Part shown: one piece after another, positions 1-9,406 of the stretch
Position numbering within the stretch: position 1 is the first letter of the stretch
Layout: each line of letters begins with the position of its first letter
Source of the DNA: an uncultured Actinomycetes bacterium
GTDB taxonomy: Bacteria; Actinomycetota; Actinomycetes; S36-B12; UBA5976
Assembly: GCA_903907835.1 (NCBI GenBank)
Contig: CAIVPQ010000006.1
Span: 1-46,551, forward strand
Length of the DNA: 46,551 bases
Direction: 5' to 3'
Position numbers and translations under genes: made by a program
Notes under the pieces: model-generated
The model's input: only the letters and a program-made list of their open reading frames with translations
Told to the model about the DNA's origin: nothing
Databases searched by the model: none

Positions 1-1925
1 ATGAATTGAGAAAACAATGATGCACGACTTTCCGAAAGACTCTCACCAACAGTTTGGTCATAGCCATTGGCCCCCTGCACGCGCAGCCTCAATGGGAAAC
101 CAAATTGATCGACCCGAGTGGTATTAACCCAGATACCAGGATTCCCGCTGCTCCTTGGCAAAATGGCCATTTCTCCAAAATCAAAAGTCACATCTTGATT
201 TGGATCCGAAGGATTCTCAATGTTTGCTCCTGCGTAGCCAATCTGCCCATTCACATCAACGTTGGGTTGGATGTACATCGGGCTACCAACCGAAAAAAGT
301 ATGCGCGCTGAATTTATCGGTGGGATAGTCACAGACCCACTCTCGGCTATGGTGTGGAAGTAATTTGAATAAAGAGCGTTGTTCTTTGTGAGAGCACCGT
401 TGTCTGCAACAGACATTGGGATGAAAGCTCCATTTTTATCCACCCAGATGAATTTCCCAGTCGCCCAGTCTTTGCCCACGATTGCCCAATAAACCTCAGA
501 GTCACTCCACCTACCTCCTGTTAAGTTCTCAATCTTGAATGTGGTCATTTCATTCCACACTGGGTTAGATGTTGAGGACGAGGGAGATGGCGTAGGCGTA
601 CTGCTGGGTGCTGGTCCTCCAAAAGAGGCCGTAATGACTGAAGAACTGTAACCAGCAGCGACTACGTGGTACTTGAAAGAGGCACCCTGAGTATTGCCGG
701 TAAAGCGAATAGTCATGGTGAATGATCCATTCGCATCAAGGCGTATCTGGCATTGTGAGTTTGAGCCATCCGGGTAACAAGCGTTGCTTGACCATGGTGA
801 ACCCAAGGGATTGTTCTGCACCGAGGTAGTCAGTCCAGCAGAAAGATCAAACCAGGTTAGTTGAAGTTGCAAACCAGCATTGATTGCACCTGCGGAGTAG
901 GTGAATGTCATGTCCTGGCCTGGGACAGGAGAGATTCTTCCACCAGCCATTACAAGATCAACATCACCACTTTTGATCGATAGTGCTTCGATTGGTGCAC
1001 ATGCCTGTTGCTGATTTGCCGGGCAGGCAATTGGTGTTGGTGTTGGTGTTGGCGTAGGTGTCGGTGTTGGCTGCGAGACTCTAATCAGAATCGAATGCAC
1101 CACACTAGTAGCCGGCAAATAGCGAACAGTGCCGGCATGGGTACCAGTAACTGTGCAAGTCCCAATACGCAACACATGAATTGCGTTGGCAATAACGCTG
1201 CAAACTGTTCGAGTCTTGCTTGTAAATGTAACCGCTCCTGCACTTGTAGAGGCAACTAATGCTTGATCTGCTTGACCAAGCGCCATGTCGCTTGGTTCTA
1301 GGAAAATTAACGTCTGACTTCGTTTAAATATCGTTATTGATTTCGTTACGTAGGCCGCTTTTGCGAATGAAGAATTCCCCGGATTCGTCGCTCGCAAATT
1401 ACATTTACCAGGAGTGAGAGCGTGAAGTATGTTTGAATCCACTGTGCATGTCTTAGTCGTCAGACTACTTATGACTGTTTCGCCTCCGCTTGAATTTGCA
1501 TTAAGCGTTTGATCTGCATCGCCGTAGGTCATGTCTGCTGGCTGGATAAATGAGATTGAGTTAGCCGTCGCCACTGGTCGAATAGACTTTGATGTTTTTG
1601 CCCCTATTCCAACCGAATTAACAGCACGCAATTGGATTGTGTAACTCGCTCCGTTAGTTAGGTTTGAGATTGTCAGTGGGCTTGAGAAACTCTGTATCCA
1701 AGTTAAGCCGTTGTTAATTGAATATTCGACACGGATTATCGATGCGCCGTTTGAGTTGCCAAGTGTGTAAGAAACAACCGCTGTCCGGCTGATAGCCGTG
1801 CTGATGTTGCTAATAATTGGTGCACTGGGAATCTTTGCGGCCGGATTAGCTGCCTTTGCTGGAGACGACAAAAGAGAGATTAAAACTGTAATCAGGGCAA
1901 TGAAAGTTGTTCGTTTCCGCGACAT
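1..1925 (-). CDS. Secreted multidomain protein with a C-terminal GH64-like beta-1,3-glucanase domain. Partial: the 3' end runs off the window start.
   Basis: Absent from the ORF track because it has no stop inside the window. My reverse-strand translation from the ATG at 1925-1923 stays open to position 1, and I checked the frame at both ends. It has a signal peptide (MSRKRTTFIALITVLISLLSSPAKA), an FN3-like module (..ASYTIQLRAVNSVGIG..), Ig-like repeats and a (PT)n linker. The C-terminal segment (IPPINSARILFSVGSPMY..NPSDPNQDVTFDFGE..WVNTTRVDQFGFPLRL) matches my memory of the Streptomyces GH64 laminaripentaose-producing glucanase. Confidence 0.6.
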   Translation of the reverse strand, partial: MSRKRTTFIALITVLISLLSSPAKAANPAAKIPSAPIISNISTAISRTAVVSYTLGNSNGASIIRVEYSINNGLTWIQSFSSPLTISNLTNGASYTIQLRAVNSVGIGAKTSKSIRPVATANSISFIQPADMTYGDADQTLNANSSGGETVISSLTTKTCTVDSNILHALTPGKCNLRATNPGNSSFAKAAYVTKSITIFKRSQTLIFLEPSDMALGQADQALVASTSAGAVTFTSKTRTVCSVIANAIHVLRIGTCTVTGTHAGTVRYLPATSVVHSILIRVSQPTPTPTPTPTPTPIACPANQQQACAPIEALSIKSGDVDLVMAGGRISPVPGQDMTFTYSAGAINAGLQLQLTWFDLSAGLTTSVQNNPLGSPWSSNACYPDGSNSQCQIRLDANGSFTMTIRFTGNTQGASFKYHVVAAGYSSSVITASFGGPAPSSTPTPSPSSSTSNPVWNEMTTFKIENLTGGRWSDSEVYWAIVGKDWATGKFIWVDKNGAFIPMSVADNGALTKNNALYSNYFHTIAESGSVTIPPINSARILFSVGSPMYIQPNVDVNGQIGYAGANIENPSDPNQDVTFDFGEMAILPRSSGNPGIWVNTTRVDQFGFPLRLRVQGANGYDQTVGESLSESRASLFSQF

Positions 1926-2169
1926 AACTCAAATCCCCCCAGAAGTTCAAAGATTGAACAAATTTGAACTTATACATTAAGGCTACGCCTACATTCAAAT
2001 ACATGTTTGCGTCTCGGCGCCAGAGCCATCTAAACATAGGAAATTGTCAAACTTGTTATGAAAAGGAGATTCCAAGAATCAATTTCGCAGTTTTAGAGGC
2101 TAGTTTTAGGGTGCTCATGAAAATTTTCAAACCACGGATTTCGGCGAGAAAACACTAGACAATGAAAAT

Positions 2170-2850
2170 ATGAACGCTCGCAAACTAGGTAGATTGCTCT
2201 CGGTGGTGCTGCTCAGTGTGGGAAGTTGGCAACAATCAGGTAGTGCTGCGGCGACTCCGAGTCTTTCGAATTTTCAAATTGAGAACACGCTCAGATATCT
2301 GGGACTCTCCGTTGGCAAAGTCGATGGGATATTCAACGAGTCAACGCGTAGAGCATTTTGCCAATGGCGCGAACTGACCGGGCAAAGACCCACAAGACAC
2401 CTATTGAGCATTGCTGAACGCAATTGGGTGAAGGCAGTTAAACCTTTGCGAGTTCCCGCAAATTTGGATGCTGGCCTAAATCTCAACATAACTTGCCAAT
2501 CGATTGCTTGGGTCGGTCGTGATTCATCCACCGGCTCGTTAATGCTGAAAGGAGTATTCGCTGCATCTTCAGGTAAGCCTGGCTACACAACACCAAATGG
2601 GATTTTTAGGATCTTTTCGCAGGTGAATGCATGGCAGGAGTCAAATATTTATGCTGGCGCAATGATGTATAGGCCAAAGTATTTTAACGGGGGACGGGCA
2701 ATTCATGGTTCTGCAAGTGACTCACTTGTGAAGACATATCCTGCATCTCATGGCTGTGTTCGAATTTTGCACAGTGCCGTAAACAAGTTGTGGGCAGCTG
2801 GGGTTGGCATCGGAACAGAAGTTCAGGTTTACGGTTCTTGGCTTGGCTGA
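2170..2850 (+). CDS. L,D-transpeptidase (PG_binding_1 + YkuD domain), exported
   Basis: N-terminal signal sequence. Peptidoglycan-binding motif LRYLGLSVGKVDGIFNESTRRAF. YkuD catalytic motif HGSASDSLVKTYPASHGCVRI (His...Ser-x-Gly-Cys-x-Arg). Confidence 0.85.
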   Translation: MNARKLGRLLSVVLLSVGSWQQSGSAAATPSLSNFQIENTLRYLGLSVGKVDGIFNESTRRAFCQWRELTGQRPTRHLLSIAERNWVKAVKPLRVPANLDAGLNLNITCQSIAWVGRDSSTGSLMLKGVFAASSGKPGYTTPNGIFRIFSQVNAWQESNIYAGAMMYRPKYFNGGRAIHGSASDSLVKTYPASHGCVRILHSAVNKLWAAGVGIGTEVQVYGSWLG

Positions 2851-2903
2851 CTAGGCACGGTCATTGTCCACTGTTTGGTGACTTTACTTAGATAATTGAA
2901 TAC

Positions 2904-3602
2904 ATGTGTCTGAAACAAATGGCGAGAATTATTGCCTCGTCGCTTGTCGCTGTTTCGATACTTGGTGTTATTCCACATTCTGCGCAAGCAAGTGAAGTGA
3001 AAACAAAAAAATGGGTATCTAATGTGCGAGTAGAGGCGGTACTCAATGCATACGGGTTACCAACAGGTGCAGTCGATGGTGTTTTCACGATAAATACTTC
3101 TCAGGCACTTTGCGTGTGGCGCGACTTAGTTGGACGAAATCCTAATTGGGCCAAACCCAGTTTGCGAGAGAGATTCCTACTCGATCGGGGCACTCCCCAA
3201 AAAGTTCCTAGCCGATTAGTTGTCGGATTGAATGTAAGTATTGCCTGCCAAGTGGTTATTTGGGTTCAACAAGAACCGGGAACGACCAAGCACACTATTC
3301 GTGAGGTCTTTCGCGCGACTACTGGAATGTCTGAATTTGAAACTCGAATCGGTACGCACCGCATCTATGCTCAAAGGGATGAATGGCAAGAGTCTGATAT
3401 CTATGAAGGCGCAATGATGTATCGCCCCAAGTACTTCGATGGTGGACAAGCTCTTCACGGTTCAGCCACAGATTCACTAGTTGGCTTTGTGCCAGCCAGT
3501 CATGGCTGCGTTCGCATGTTACACAGCGCAATAAAGAAGATTTGGAAAGCGAAACTAGGAATCGGAACCACGGTTAAGGTCTACGGGAAGTGGGGCAAAT
3601 GA
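2904..3602 (+). CDS. L,D-transpeptidase paralog (PG_binding_1 + YkuD)
   Basis: Same architecture as 2170..2850: LNAYGLPTGAVDGVFTINTSQAL and HGSATDSLVGFVPASHGCVRM. Shares MMYRPKYF(N/D)GG with its neighbour. An alternative ATG at 2922 is possible. Confidence 0.85.
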   Translation: MCLKQMARIIASSLVAVSILGVIPHSAQASEVKTKKWVSNVRVEAVLNAYGLPTGAVDGVFTINTSQALCVWRDLVGRNPNWAKPSLRERFLLDRGTPQKVPSRLVVGLNVSIACQVVIWVQQEPGTTKHTIREVFRATTGMSEFETRIGTHRIYAQRDEWQESDIYEGAMMYRPKYFDGGQALHGSATDSLVGFVPASHGCVRMLHSAIKKIWKAKLGIGTTVKVYGKWGK

Positions 3603-4207
3603 AGCGCAAAACATCACTAATGATCAAGCGCACATTTGATGTCCTTGTTAGTTTTACAGGTCTAGTATTTCTCGCACCCGTCTTACTTCTTATCGCTGTC
3701 ATTAATCTCAAAATTCATGGAAGACCAATTTTATTTTCTCAAGTACGACCCGGTCGTGATGCAGAACTATTTCGCATCTACAAATTTCGATCAATGACAA
3801 GTCAAAGAGATTCAAAGGGAGATCTCCTAGAGGACTCGATGCGGCGCACCAAGTTTGGCGATCTTCTAAGGGCAACGAGTCTGGATGAGCTTCCAGAATT
3901 ATGGAATGTTCTCAAAGGAGATATGAGTATTGTTGGCCCTCGACCTCTACTCCCTGAATACTTACAGCACTACAGTAAACATCAAATGCGCCGTCATGAA
4001 CTGCGTCCCGGTATTACTGGTCTTGCGCAAACTCAAGGAAGAAATGAGTTGGATTGGGAAACCAAGTTTGACTTAGATGTGAAGTATGTTGATGAACATA
4101 CTCTCTTTTTAGATTTGCAGATTCTTTTCAAAACATTGGTGGCAGTTTTCAAACGAGAGGGCATCGATCCTATCGATGGAGGATCTATGCCCAAGTTCGG
4201 TGAGTAA
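3599..4207 (+). CDS. Small monotopic phosphoglycosyl transferase (bacterial sugar transferase, PglC/WbaP C-terminal type)
   Basis: Motifs KRTFDVLVS, reentrant helix LVFLAPVLLLIAV, PGRDAELFRIYKFRSM, DELPELWNVLKGDMSIVGPRP. I prefer the ATG at 3599, which forms an ATGA overlap with the upstream stop, over the track's GTG at 3590. Confidence 0.85.
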   Translation: MKRKTSLMIKRTFDVLVSFTGLVFLAPVLLLIAVINLKIHGRPILFSQVRPGRDAELFRIYKFRSMTSQRDSKGDLLEDSMRRTKFGDLLRATSLDELPELWNVLKGDMSIVGPRPLLPEYLQHYSKHQMRRHELRPGITGLAQTQGRNELDWETKFDLDVKYVDEHTLFLDLQILFKTLVAVFKREGIDPIDGGSMPKFGE

Positions 4208-4225
4208 GCACGAGTATTTACTGGA

Positions 4226-4867
4226 CTAGTTAAATTCTAGTTCGCTGAATGTTTTTATCGTGAAAATTGCACGATGACTTGGTTCAATTTCGATGTGTTG
4301 GTCATGAACATTGTTGCCGCGTTCTGCCAACATCACAGTCTGCCAACCTAAGCTATTTGGAATCAGGAAGTCCTTAATCGGATTATCACCAATCATCACA
4401 ACATCAATGCCAGCACTAACTTCAAGGGATTCGTAGAAAGAATCAACCACTTTGGTGCATCCGATTTCCTCACTTATTAAGAGCAAATCGACTAAGCCAT
4501 CTAGTCCTAATGCAGTCACCTTGTTACGTTGAGTAATTGATCTTCCCTCTGTAGCAATGACTATTGAGCAGTATTTATTTCTGGCAAGCGCAATGAAATC
4601 TGCAGCATCTTCGTAAAGTTCAATATTTGGAATGTGACTTCGGTAGATCTCTAGGGCTCTATCTTTACCGTTATCACTCAGTCCTAAATACTGAAATATA
4701 TCTTCGCCATGCATACTTACTCGCATTAGTGATTCAGCATCTGCCAGCCCAGTTAGGTTCAACTCAGAAAGTAAGGCATTAAATCCGGATCTTTGAAAAC
4801 TTCTCTCAGAATAAAGAGTGTCATCTAGATCTAAAACGACGATACTACCTTGGCTTATCTGGGGCAT
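4226..4867 (-). CDS. HAD-superfamily hydrolase/phosphatase
   Basis: Motif I VVLDLDDTLY (DxDxT) and motif IV MIGDNPIKD. TAATG stop/start overlap with the upstream ATP-grasp gene. Confidence 0.75.
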   Translation of the reverse strand: MPQISQGSIVVLDLDDTLYSERSFQRSGFNALLSELNLTGLADAESLMRVSMHGEDIFQYLGLSDNGKDRALEIYRSHIPNIELYEDAADFIALARNKYCSIVIATEGRSITQRNKVTALGLDGLVDLLLISEEIGCTKVVDSFYESLEVSAGIDVVMIGDNPIKDFLIPNSLGWQTVMLAERGNNVHDQHIEIEPSHRAIFTIKTFSELEFN

Positions 4868-5865
4868 TAGATAAATATCTCAGCATCGAATCGAAGCATG
4901 ATTAAGTCATCACGCCAACCATCAAAATATTCTGATTTCTCATTCTTGAAGTGCCCCTCTACCAACCAATCCACATATCTTGCACCAGCGGAATCCGTCA
5001 ATGGGTAACCACCACCAAAACGAGGATTTATCTCTATTCCCAAGATTTCAATCGGACTCTGTTCCGAATCAAATTGCACAAAGAATTGGAAGGTCAGTAC
5101 TCCTCGTGCCCCAGGAAGATTAGTCAGTTTCTGTCTCAGGATATTTACGAGTTGACCTTTATGCGTTCGCCCCTTAGAAACTTCACCGTCTCTGACTTCA
5201 AGCCGTTCCCTTGGAACCAAGCAAATAAGATTGCCATCAGATGTGTAGAAGGCATCGACCGTGAACTCTCGATATTTCTGCAAATCGACTAATTCCTGCT
5301 GAATGTACTTTGCGCGATTAAGGTATTTATCTTGCATCATGTCTGAAGAATCAACTCTGTGAATATCGATACTTCTACTACCAGCTATTGGCTTTATGAA
5401 CCGCGGAAAGACATTGGAATCTGACGCCAGCTCAGTGGGTGAATTGATACCCATAGAGCCAAAAAGTTCGCTCGTTTCGCGTTTATTTCGGCAGATGCTT
5501 ACCAACTCAGTGTCAGAAATTGTTATCTCTATCTGATGTTCGATCTTCCATTGATTTCGCACACTTGCTAGGAGTTCAAGCTCAGTGTCAATGGTTGGAA
5601 TAATCAAAGAGATTTCATGGTCCTTACATATTTGCAGGAGAACATCTAAATATTGAGGATCATTTACGCGTGGCACCGAGAACGACTTCTCACTAACGTG
5701 ACATGCTGCCGACATAGCGGGCAATGAATCAGTTGTGAAAACTGTGCCACCACTCGCATTTTTCGTCGCCTCTTGGAAAAGTTTCACTAGGGAAACACGT
5801 CGTCCGACACTAGTGATTAAGACGTTTGGCGCAAGTTGGTAATCAGACATCAGTGCTCCTTTCAA
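4867..5865 (-). CDS. ATP-grasp family ligase (carbamoyl-phosphate-synthase-like ATP-binding fold)
   Basis: 332 aa. N-terminal LITSVGRRVSLVK. C-terminal ATP-grasp signature LGIEINPRFGGGYPL. Embedded in the glycan operon. Confidence 0.7.
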   Translation of the reverse strand: MKGALMSDYQLAPNVLITSVGRRVSLVKLFQEATKNASGGTVFTTDSLPAMSAACHVSEKSFSVPRVNDPQYLDVLLQICKDHEISLIIPTIDTELELLASVRNQWKIEHQIEITISDTELVSICRNKRETSELFGSMGINSPTELASDSNVFPRFIKPIAGSRSIDIHRVDSSDMMQDKYLNRAKYIQQELVDLQKYREFTVDAFYTSDGNLICLVPRERLEVRDGEVSKGRTHKGQLVNILRQKLTNLPGARGVLTFQFFVQFDSEQSPIEILGIEINPRFGGGYPLTDSAGARYVDWLVEGHFKNEKSEYFDGWRDDLIMLRFDAEIFI

Positions 5866-5885
5866 AATTGCAGTATTTGAATGCG

Positions 5886-6806
5886 TTACAGGGTCATGAA
5901 CCAGTCAGATGTTATTTTGAGAGCAGTTTCAAATTCAGTAGGTGTTAGGTTATCGAACAGCTCATTGAGAAGCTTCGAGGATGCTTGCGAATCGCGAACG
6001 TCACCAATTCGAGGATCGAGGTAGTTTATCTCGATTGTTTCCCCTGTGACATGTTGCATTAAAGGAATTAGCTCGTTTAATGAGCGCCTTGTGCCAAAGG
6101 CTAGATTGACCGGCGAGGTACTCGACTTTCTTTCCTTCGAGGCACGCGCGAGAACCTGTACAACATCTCCTACGTAAGTGAAGTCCCGAGTTTGTTCACC
6201 ATCACCGTAGATGTCAACAGGCAGTTTGCGACTCATTTTGTCCAAGAAGCAAGGGATCACGGCGGCATAGGCGTGGCCCGCTCTTTGCAATGGTCCAAAA
6301 ACGTTGAAGAATCGAAAGGCAATAGTGTCTAGGCCGTAAGTTGCTTTCCATGCAACTGTGTAAGACTCGCCAGCGAGTTTGCTGACTGCATAAGGACTAA
6401 TGGGCATCGGACGCAAGTCCTCGGTTTTAGGCAAAGTGGGATTGGCGCCATAGACAGAAGACGACGATGCGACAATCACATGTGTGTTGCTATGCCTAGC
6501 AGCCTCGAGCACATTTAAGGTGCCAGTGGCATTCGCATGGTGACTAGGAAATGGTTCAGCAACCGATCGAGGTACCGATGGTATGGCAGCAAGATGAACG
6601 ATGCTGTCCTTGTCAGATGCAATCTTCTGGAGTAGTTCTGAATCGAGGATTGATCCTTGAACAAATTCAACATCGAGTCCAGTCAGATTCTCGATAAAAC
6701 CAGTGCTTAGGTCATCTAGGATCGTGACTTCATCTCCGAGAGAAATAAAATGCTGGGCAAGATTAGAACCAATAAAACCAGCGCCGCCGGTGATTAAAAC
6801 TTTCAT
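5886..6806 (-). CDS. NAD-dependent nucleotide-sugar epimerase/dehydratase (SDR, UDP-hexose 4-epimerase-like)
   Basis: Rossmann motif VLITGGAGFIGSNL and catalytic YAVSK (YxxxK). ATGA overlap with the upstream gene. Confidence 0.85.
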   Translation of the reverse strand: MKVLITGGAGFIGSNLAQHFISLGDEVTILDDLSTGFIENLTGLDVEFVQGSILDSELLQKIASDKDSIVHLAAIPSVPRSVAEPFPSHHANATGTLNVLEAARHSNTHVIVASSSSVYGANPTLPKTEDLRPMPISPYAVSKLAGESYTVAWKATYGLDTIAFRFFNVFGPLQRAGHAYAAVIPCFLDKMSRKLPVDIYGDGEQTRDFTYVGDVVQVLARASKERKSSTSPVNLAFGTRRSLNELIPLMQHVTGETIEINYLDPRIGDVRDSQASSKLLNELFDNLTPTEFETALKITSDWFMTL

Positions 6807-8026
6807 GTGTTCAAGCGTATTGGAGTATTAACGCCAGTGCGCACAACTTTGCTCCCAGGCATACCGATGTGCAAGCCAGATGAATACCTGTACTTATTCA
6901 GGTTCTTTATTCGCGTACTTTGTGTAGGCGGCTCGACAGACTCATTCGATGCAAAGATTGGCAATGTTTCGTATGCCAGACAAATTGCCATGAGGACCCA
7001 GATGTGCCTGAAGTTAATGGAGTTATGACTGACAGCACTAAGCGCATAAAAGAGCACGATAGTTCTTGTCATGACTCCCCCGTATCTGCCCATTGCTACA
7101 CAAATAAGCACAATTGCAATTGGACCCAGTATTCCAAGTTCAACGAGTGAGGAAATGTAGTCATTGTGCGCTTCAGACCCGATTGCACCGGAAGAGAAAT
7201 TGCCAATTCCTACTCCAAGCGGCTTTTCAAACCAACTGGAAATAGCATTTCCCCAAATTTCCTGACGCCCGCCGGAGCTCCGCGAGTATCGGTCCAAACC
7301 AGTAAATGCATCGAATGCCTGTAAGAAAAACGATGAGCCAAGAAGTAGAAGAATAGGAATTGTATATTTACCTAATTTTGTAGTCGATGATTTGCGCGGA
7401 AGCCAAAATGCAAGTGCGCCCACCATGCATAAAATCCCACCGAGGCTGGCCATCTGCAAACTTGCTATGAGCATCAAAATAATGGCTGTGTATCTGATGA
7501 CCTTGTTTAACGGTCGCTTGGTCATAGTCATGAAAACTATGACGAGCGCGGCCCAGTTGCCGCCAAGATTTGGACTGCCAAAAATACCATCGGCTCTGAT
7601 ACCACCACTCGGTAGTGCCGTGATTGCGACCAAGAATATAGCTAGCCCCAAACCAATTGCGATTGCCCGATCAGCAATTTTTCGATCTGTGATTTTGGCA
7701 AGGGCAAGATAAGTTGCAGGAAAAATTAGGAAAGAGAATAGATCTTTAACAGCTTGGAGTAAATAGAGATTTCCGCCCGACAGTGCCGGTAAAACACAAA
7801 CGATCGCGTAAAAAGAAATTGCCAACATAATTGGACGCAATGTTTTGGCCCAAATTTGATGGTGCGGATGTTTGTTATTTCCAAAGAAGCCAAGAAATAA
7901 CGCAATTAAGATGGGGATATCTGCCGGTGCAGTACCGAAACTCGTTCGCCTATACGAGGCCAAACATGTTGAGAAAATTAACATCGATAGCAAAATGCCA
8001 TTCGAACCTTTTACAGTGTTAGTCAA
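6803..8026 (-). CDS. O-antigen ligase/polymerase family (Wzy_C-like) polytopic membrane protein
   Basis: About 10 predicted hydrophobic helices. Periplasmic-loop motif GSEAHNDYISSLVELGILG is typical of the O-antigen ligase/Wzy family. Confidence 0.7.
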   Translation of the reverse strand: MTNTVKGSNGILLSMLIFSTCLASYRRTSFGTAPADIPILIALFLGFFGNNKHPHHQIWAKTLRPIMLAISFYAIVCVLPALSGGNLYLLQAVKDLFSFLIFPATYLALAKITDRKIADRAIAIGLGLAIFLVAITALPSGGIRADGIFGSPNLGGNWAALVIVFMTMTKRPLNKVIRYTAIILMLIASLQMASLGGILCMVGALAFWLPRKSSTTKLGKYTIPILLLLGSSFFLQAFDAFTGLDRYSRSSGGRQEIWGNAISSWFEKPLGVGIGNFSSGAIGSEAHNDYISSLVELGILGPIAIVLICVAMGRYGGVMTRTIVLFYALSAVSHNSINFRHIWVLMAICLAYETLPIFASNESVEPPTQSTRIKNLNKYRYSSGLHIGMPGSKVVRTGVNTPIRLNT

Positions 8027-8197
8027 GGTACCACTGCGATACCGATATTTAGCGCGGATACTCGTTGCACCTCGATTCCCAATTTATCTTCGATAGAGTT
8101 TTAGTAGTTGTCGCCCACATCTGTACAAACTTTATCTATCCGCTAAGTTAAACATAGGATCACTGACTGATGATAATTGCTCAATTGAGTCAACAAA

Positions 8198-9304
8198 ATG
8201 AGTAGAAAAATCCTCTATGTTGTTACCATCGCCCCCACTTTAAGAGTTTTGATGCGCGGACAGATTAGTTGGATGCAGAACAAAGGTTTTGAGGTTCATA
8301 CGGCATCCACTGGTCAGATTGATCCTCAAGATGGTGAGTCCTTCAACCAAAAACACCATGAAGTGAACATGACTCGAGAAATATCTCCATTTCGTGATGC
8401 CTTAAGCGCATTCAATTTGGCAAGAGTTATATCTTCGGTTCGCCCAGACGTGATAGTTGCGAGCACTCCTAAAGCAGCGTTTCTATGTCTCTTGGTTGCA
8501 CGGATACTCAGGGTGCCAAAGAGAGTATATCTTTTGCGTGGGTTGAGGCTTGCAACAGAAACCGGACTAAAAAGACGTCTACTTGCCTTCATGGAAAAAA
8601 GGGCTGCCGCAAATTGCGATGTCGTAATTGCAGTGAGTGCGAGTGTTGGAATGGAATTCGAAAAGCTTGGGTTGAGTCCCAAGGAGAAAATAAGATTTGT
8701 GGGTTCGGGAAGTAGCAACGGGGTTGATTCGAATCGTTTTCTTCCACTGACCCCGGCTCAGAGGGAATCTGCGCGAGCCAATATTGGCATCTTGCCTGAT
8801 GAGATAGTAGTGGGATTCGTTGGAAGATTAGTCGAAGATAAGGGTTTTAGTGTTTTTTGCGAGGCGCTAACCCAAATCTGTGCGACAGATCAAAAAGTGG
8901 TTCCAATAGTGTTTGGCTCAAATGAGGAAGATCTCATAATTCCCGACTCAATTAGATTTATGGGCGTAAAGGATAACCTCGAGAACTGGTATCCGCTTTT
9001 CGATATTTTGGTTCTACCAACTTTCAGGGAAGGATTTCCCAATGTTGTCATCGAAGCTGGGGCTTGTGAAGTTCCAACTGTCACCACAAGGGCAACTGGC
9101 TCAGTTGATTCGGTTGTCGATGGTGTCACCGGTTTACTCGTAGACGTCAATAATGTAGCCCAAACTCGTGAAGCAATCCGCACTTTAATAAGTGATCCAC
9201 AGCGCAGAATTCTCATGGGTCAAGCGGCACGTGTTCGCGCAGTGCAACACTTTAAGCCAGAGGATATTTGGAAAGGTTATTTCGAAATATATGAGTCCCT
9301 TTAG
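8198..9304 (+). CDS. Glycosyltransferase family 4 (GT-B, retaining)
   Basis: C-terminal motif PTFREGFPNVVIEAGACEVPTVTTRATGSVDSVVDGVTGLLV (E-x7-E type). Confidence 0.85.
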   Translation: MSRKILYVVTIAPTLRVLMRGQISWMQNKGFEVHTASTGQIDPQDGESFNQKHHEVNMTREISPFRDALSAFNLARVISSVRPDVIVASTPKAAFLCLLVARILRVPKRVYLLRGLRLATETGLKRRLLAFMEKRAAANCDVVIAVSASVGMEFEKLGLSPKEKIRFVGSGSSNGVDSNRFLPLTPAQRESARANIGILPDEIVVGFVGRLVEDKGFSVFCEALTQICATDQKVVPIVFGSNEEDLIIPDSIRFMGVKDNLENWYPLFDILVLPTFREGFPNVVIEAGACEVPTVTTRATGSVDSVVDGVTGLLVDVNNVAQTREAIRTLISDPQRRILMGQAARVRAVQHFKPEDIWKGYFEIYESL

Positions 9305-9406
9305 CTGTCGCTTGCGCAGTGTTTCGACATGGTCAAATAATTTGGTACTTTTAGGATTGACGAGTTACACAGTCCTAACATTTAACTTTTGCATTCAGGG
9401 GTATTG

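Noticed and set aside
1008-1259. Plus-strand ORF with a CWCWCWRRCRCW sequence
   Set aside because: It is antisense to the (PT)n linker of the long minus-strand GH64-like gene, so it is a shadow ORF.
4867-5865. The ATP-grasp gene as a graspetide/microviridin-type RiPP ligase
   Set aside because: The size fits, but there is no small precursor-peptide ORF, protease or dedicated transporter next to it. It is translationally coupled within a glycan operon.
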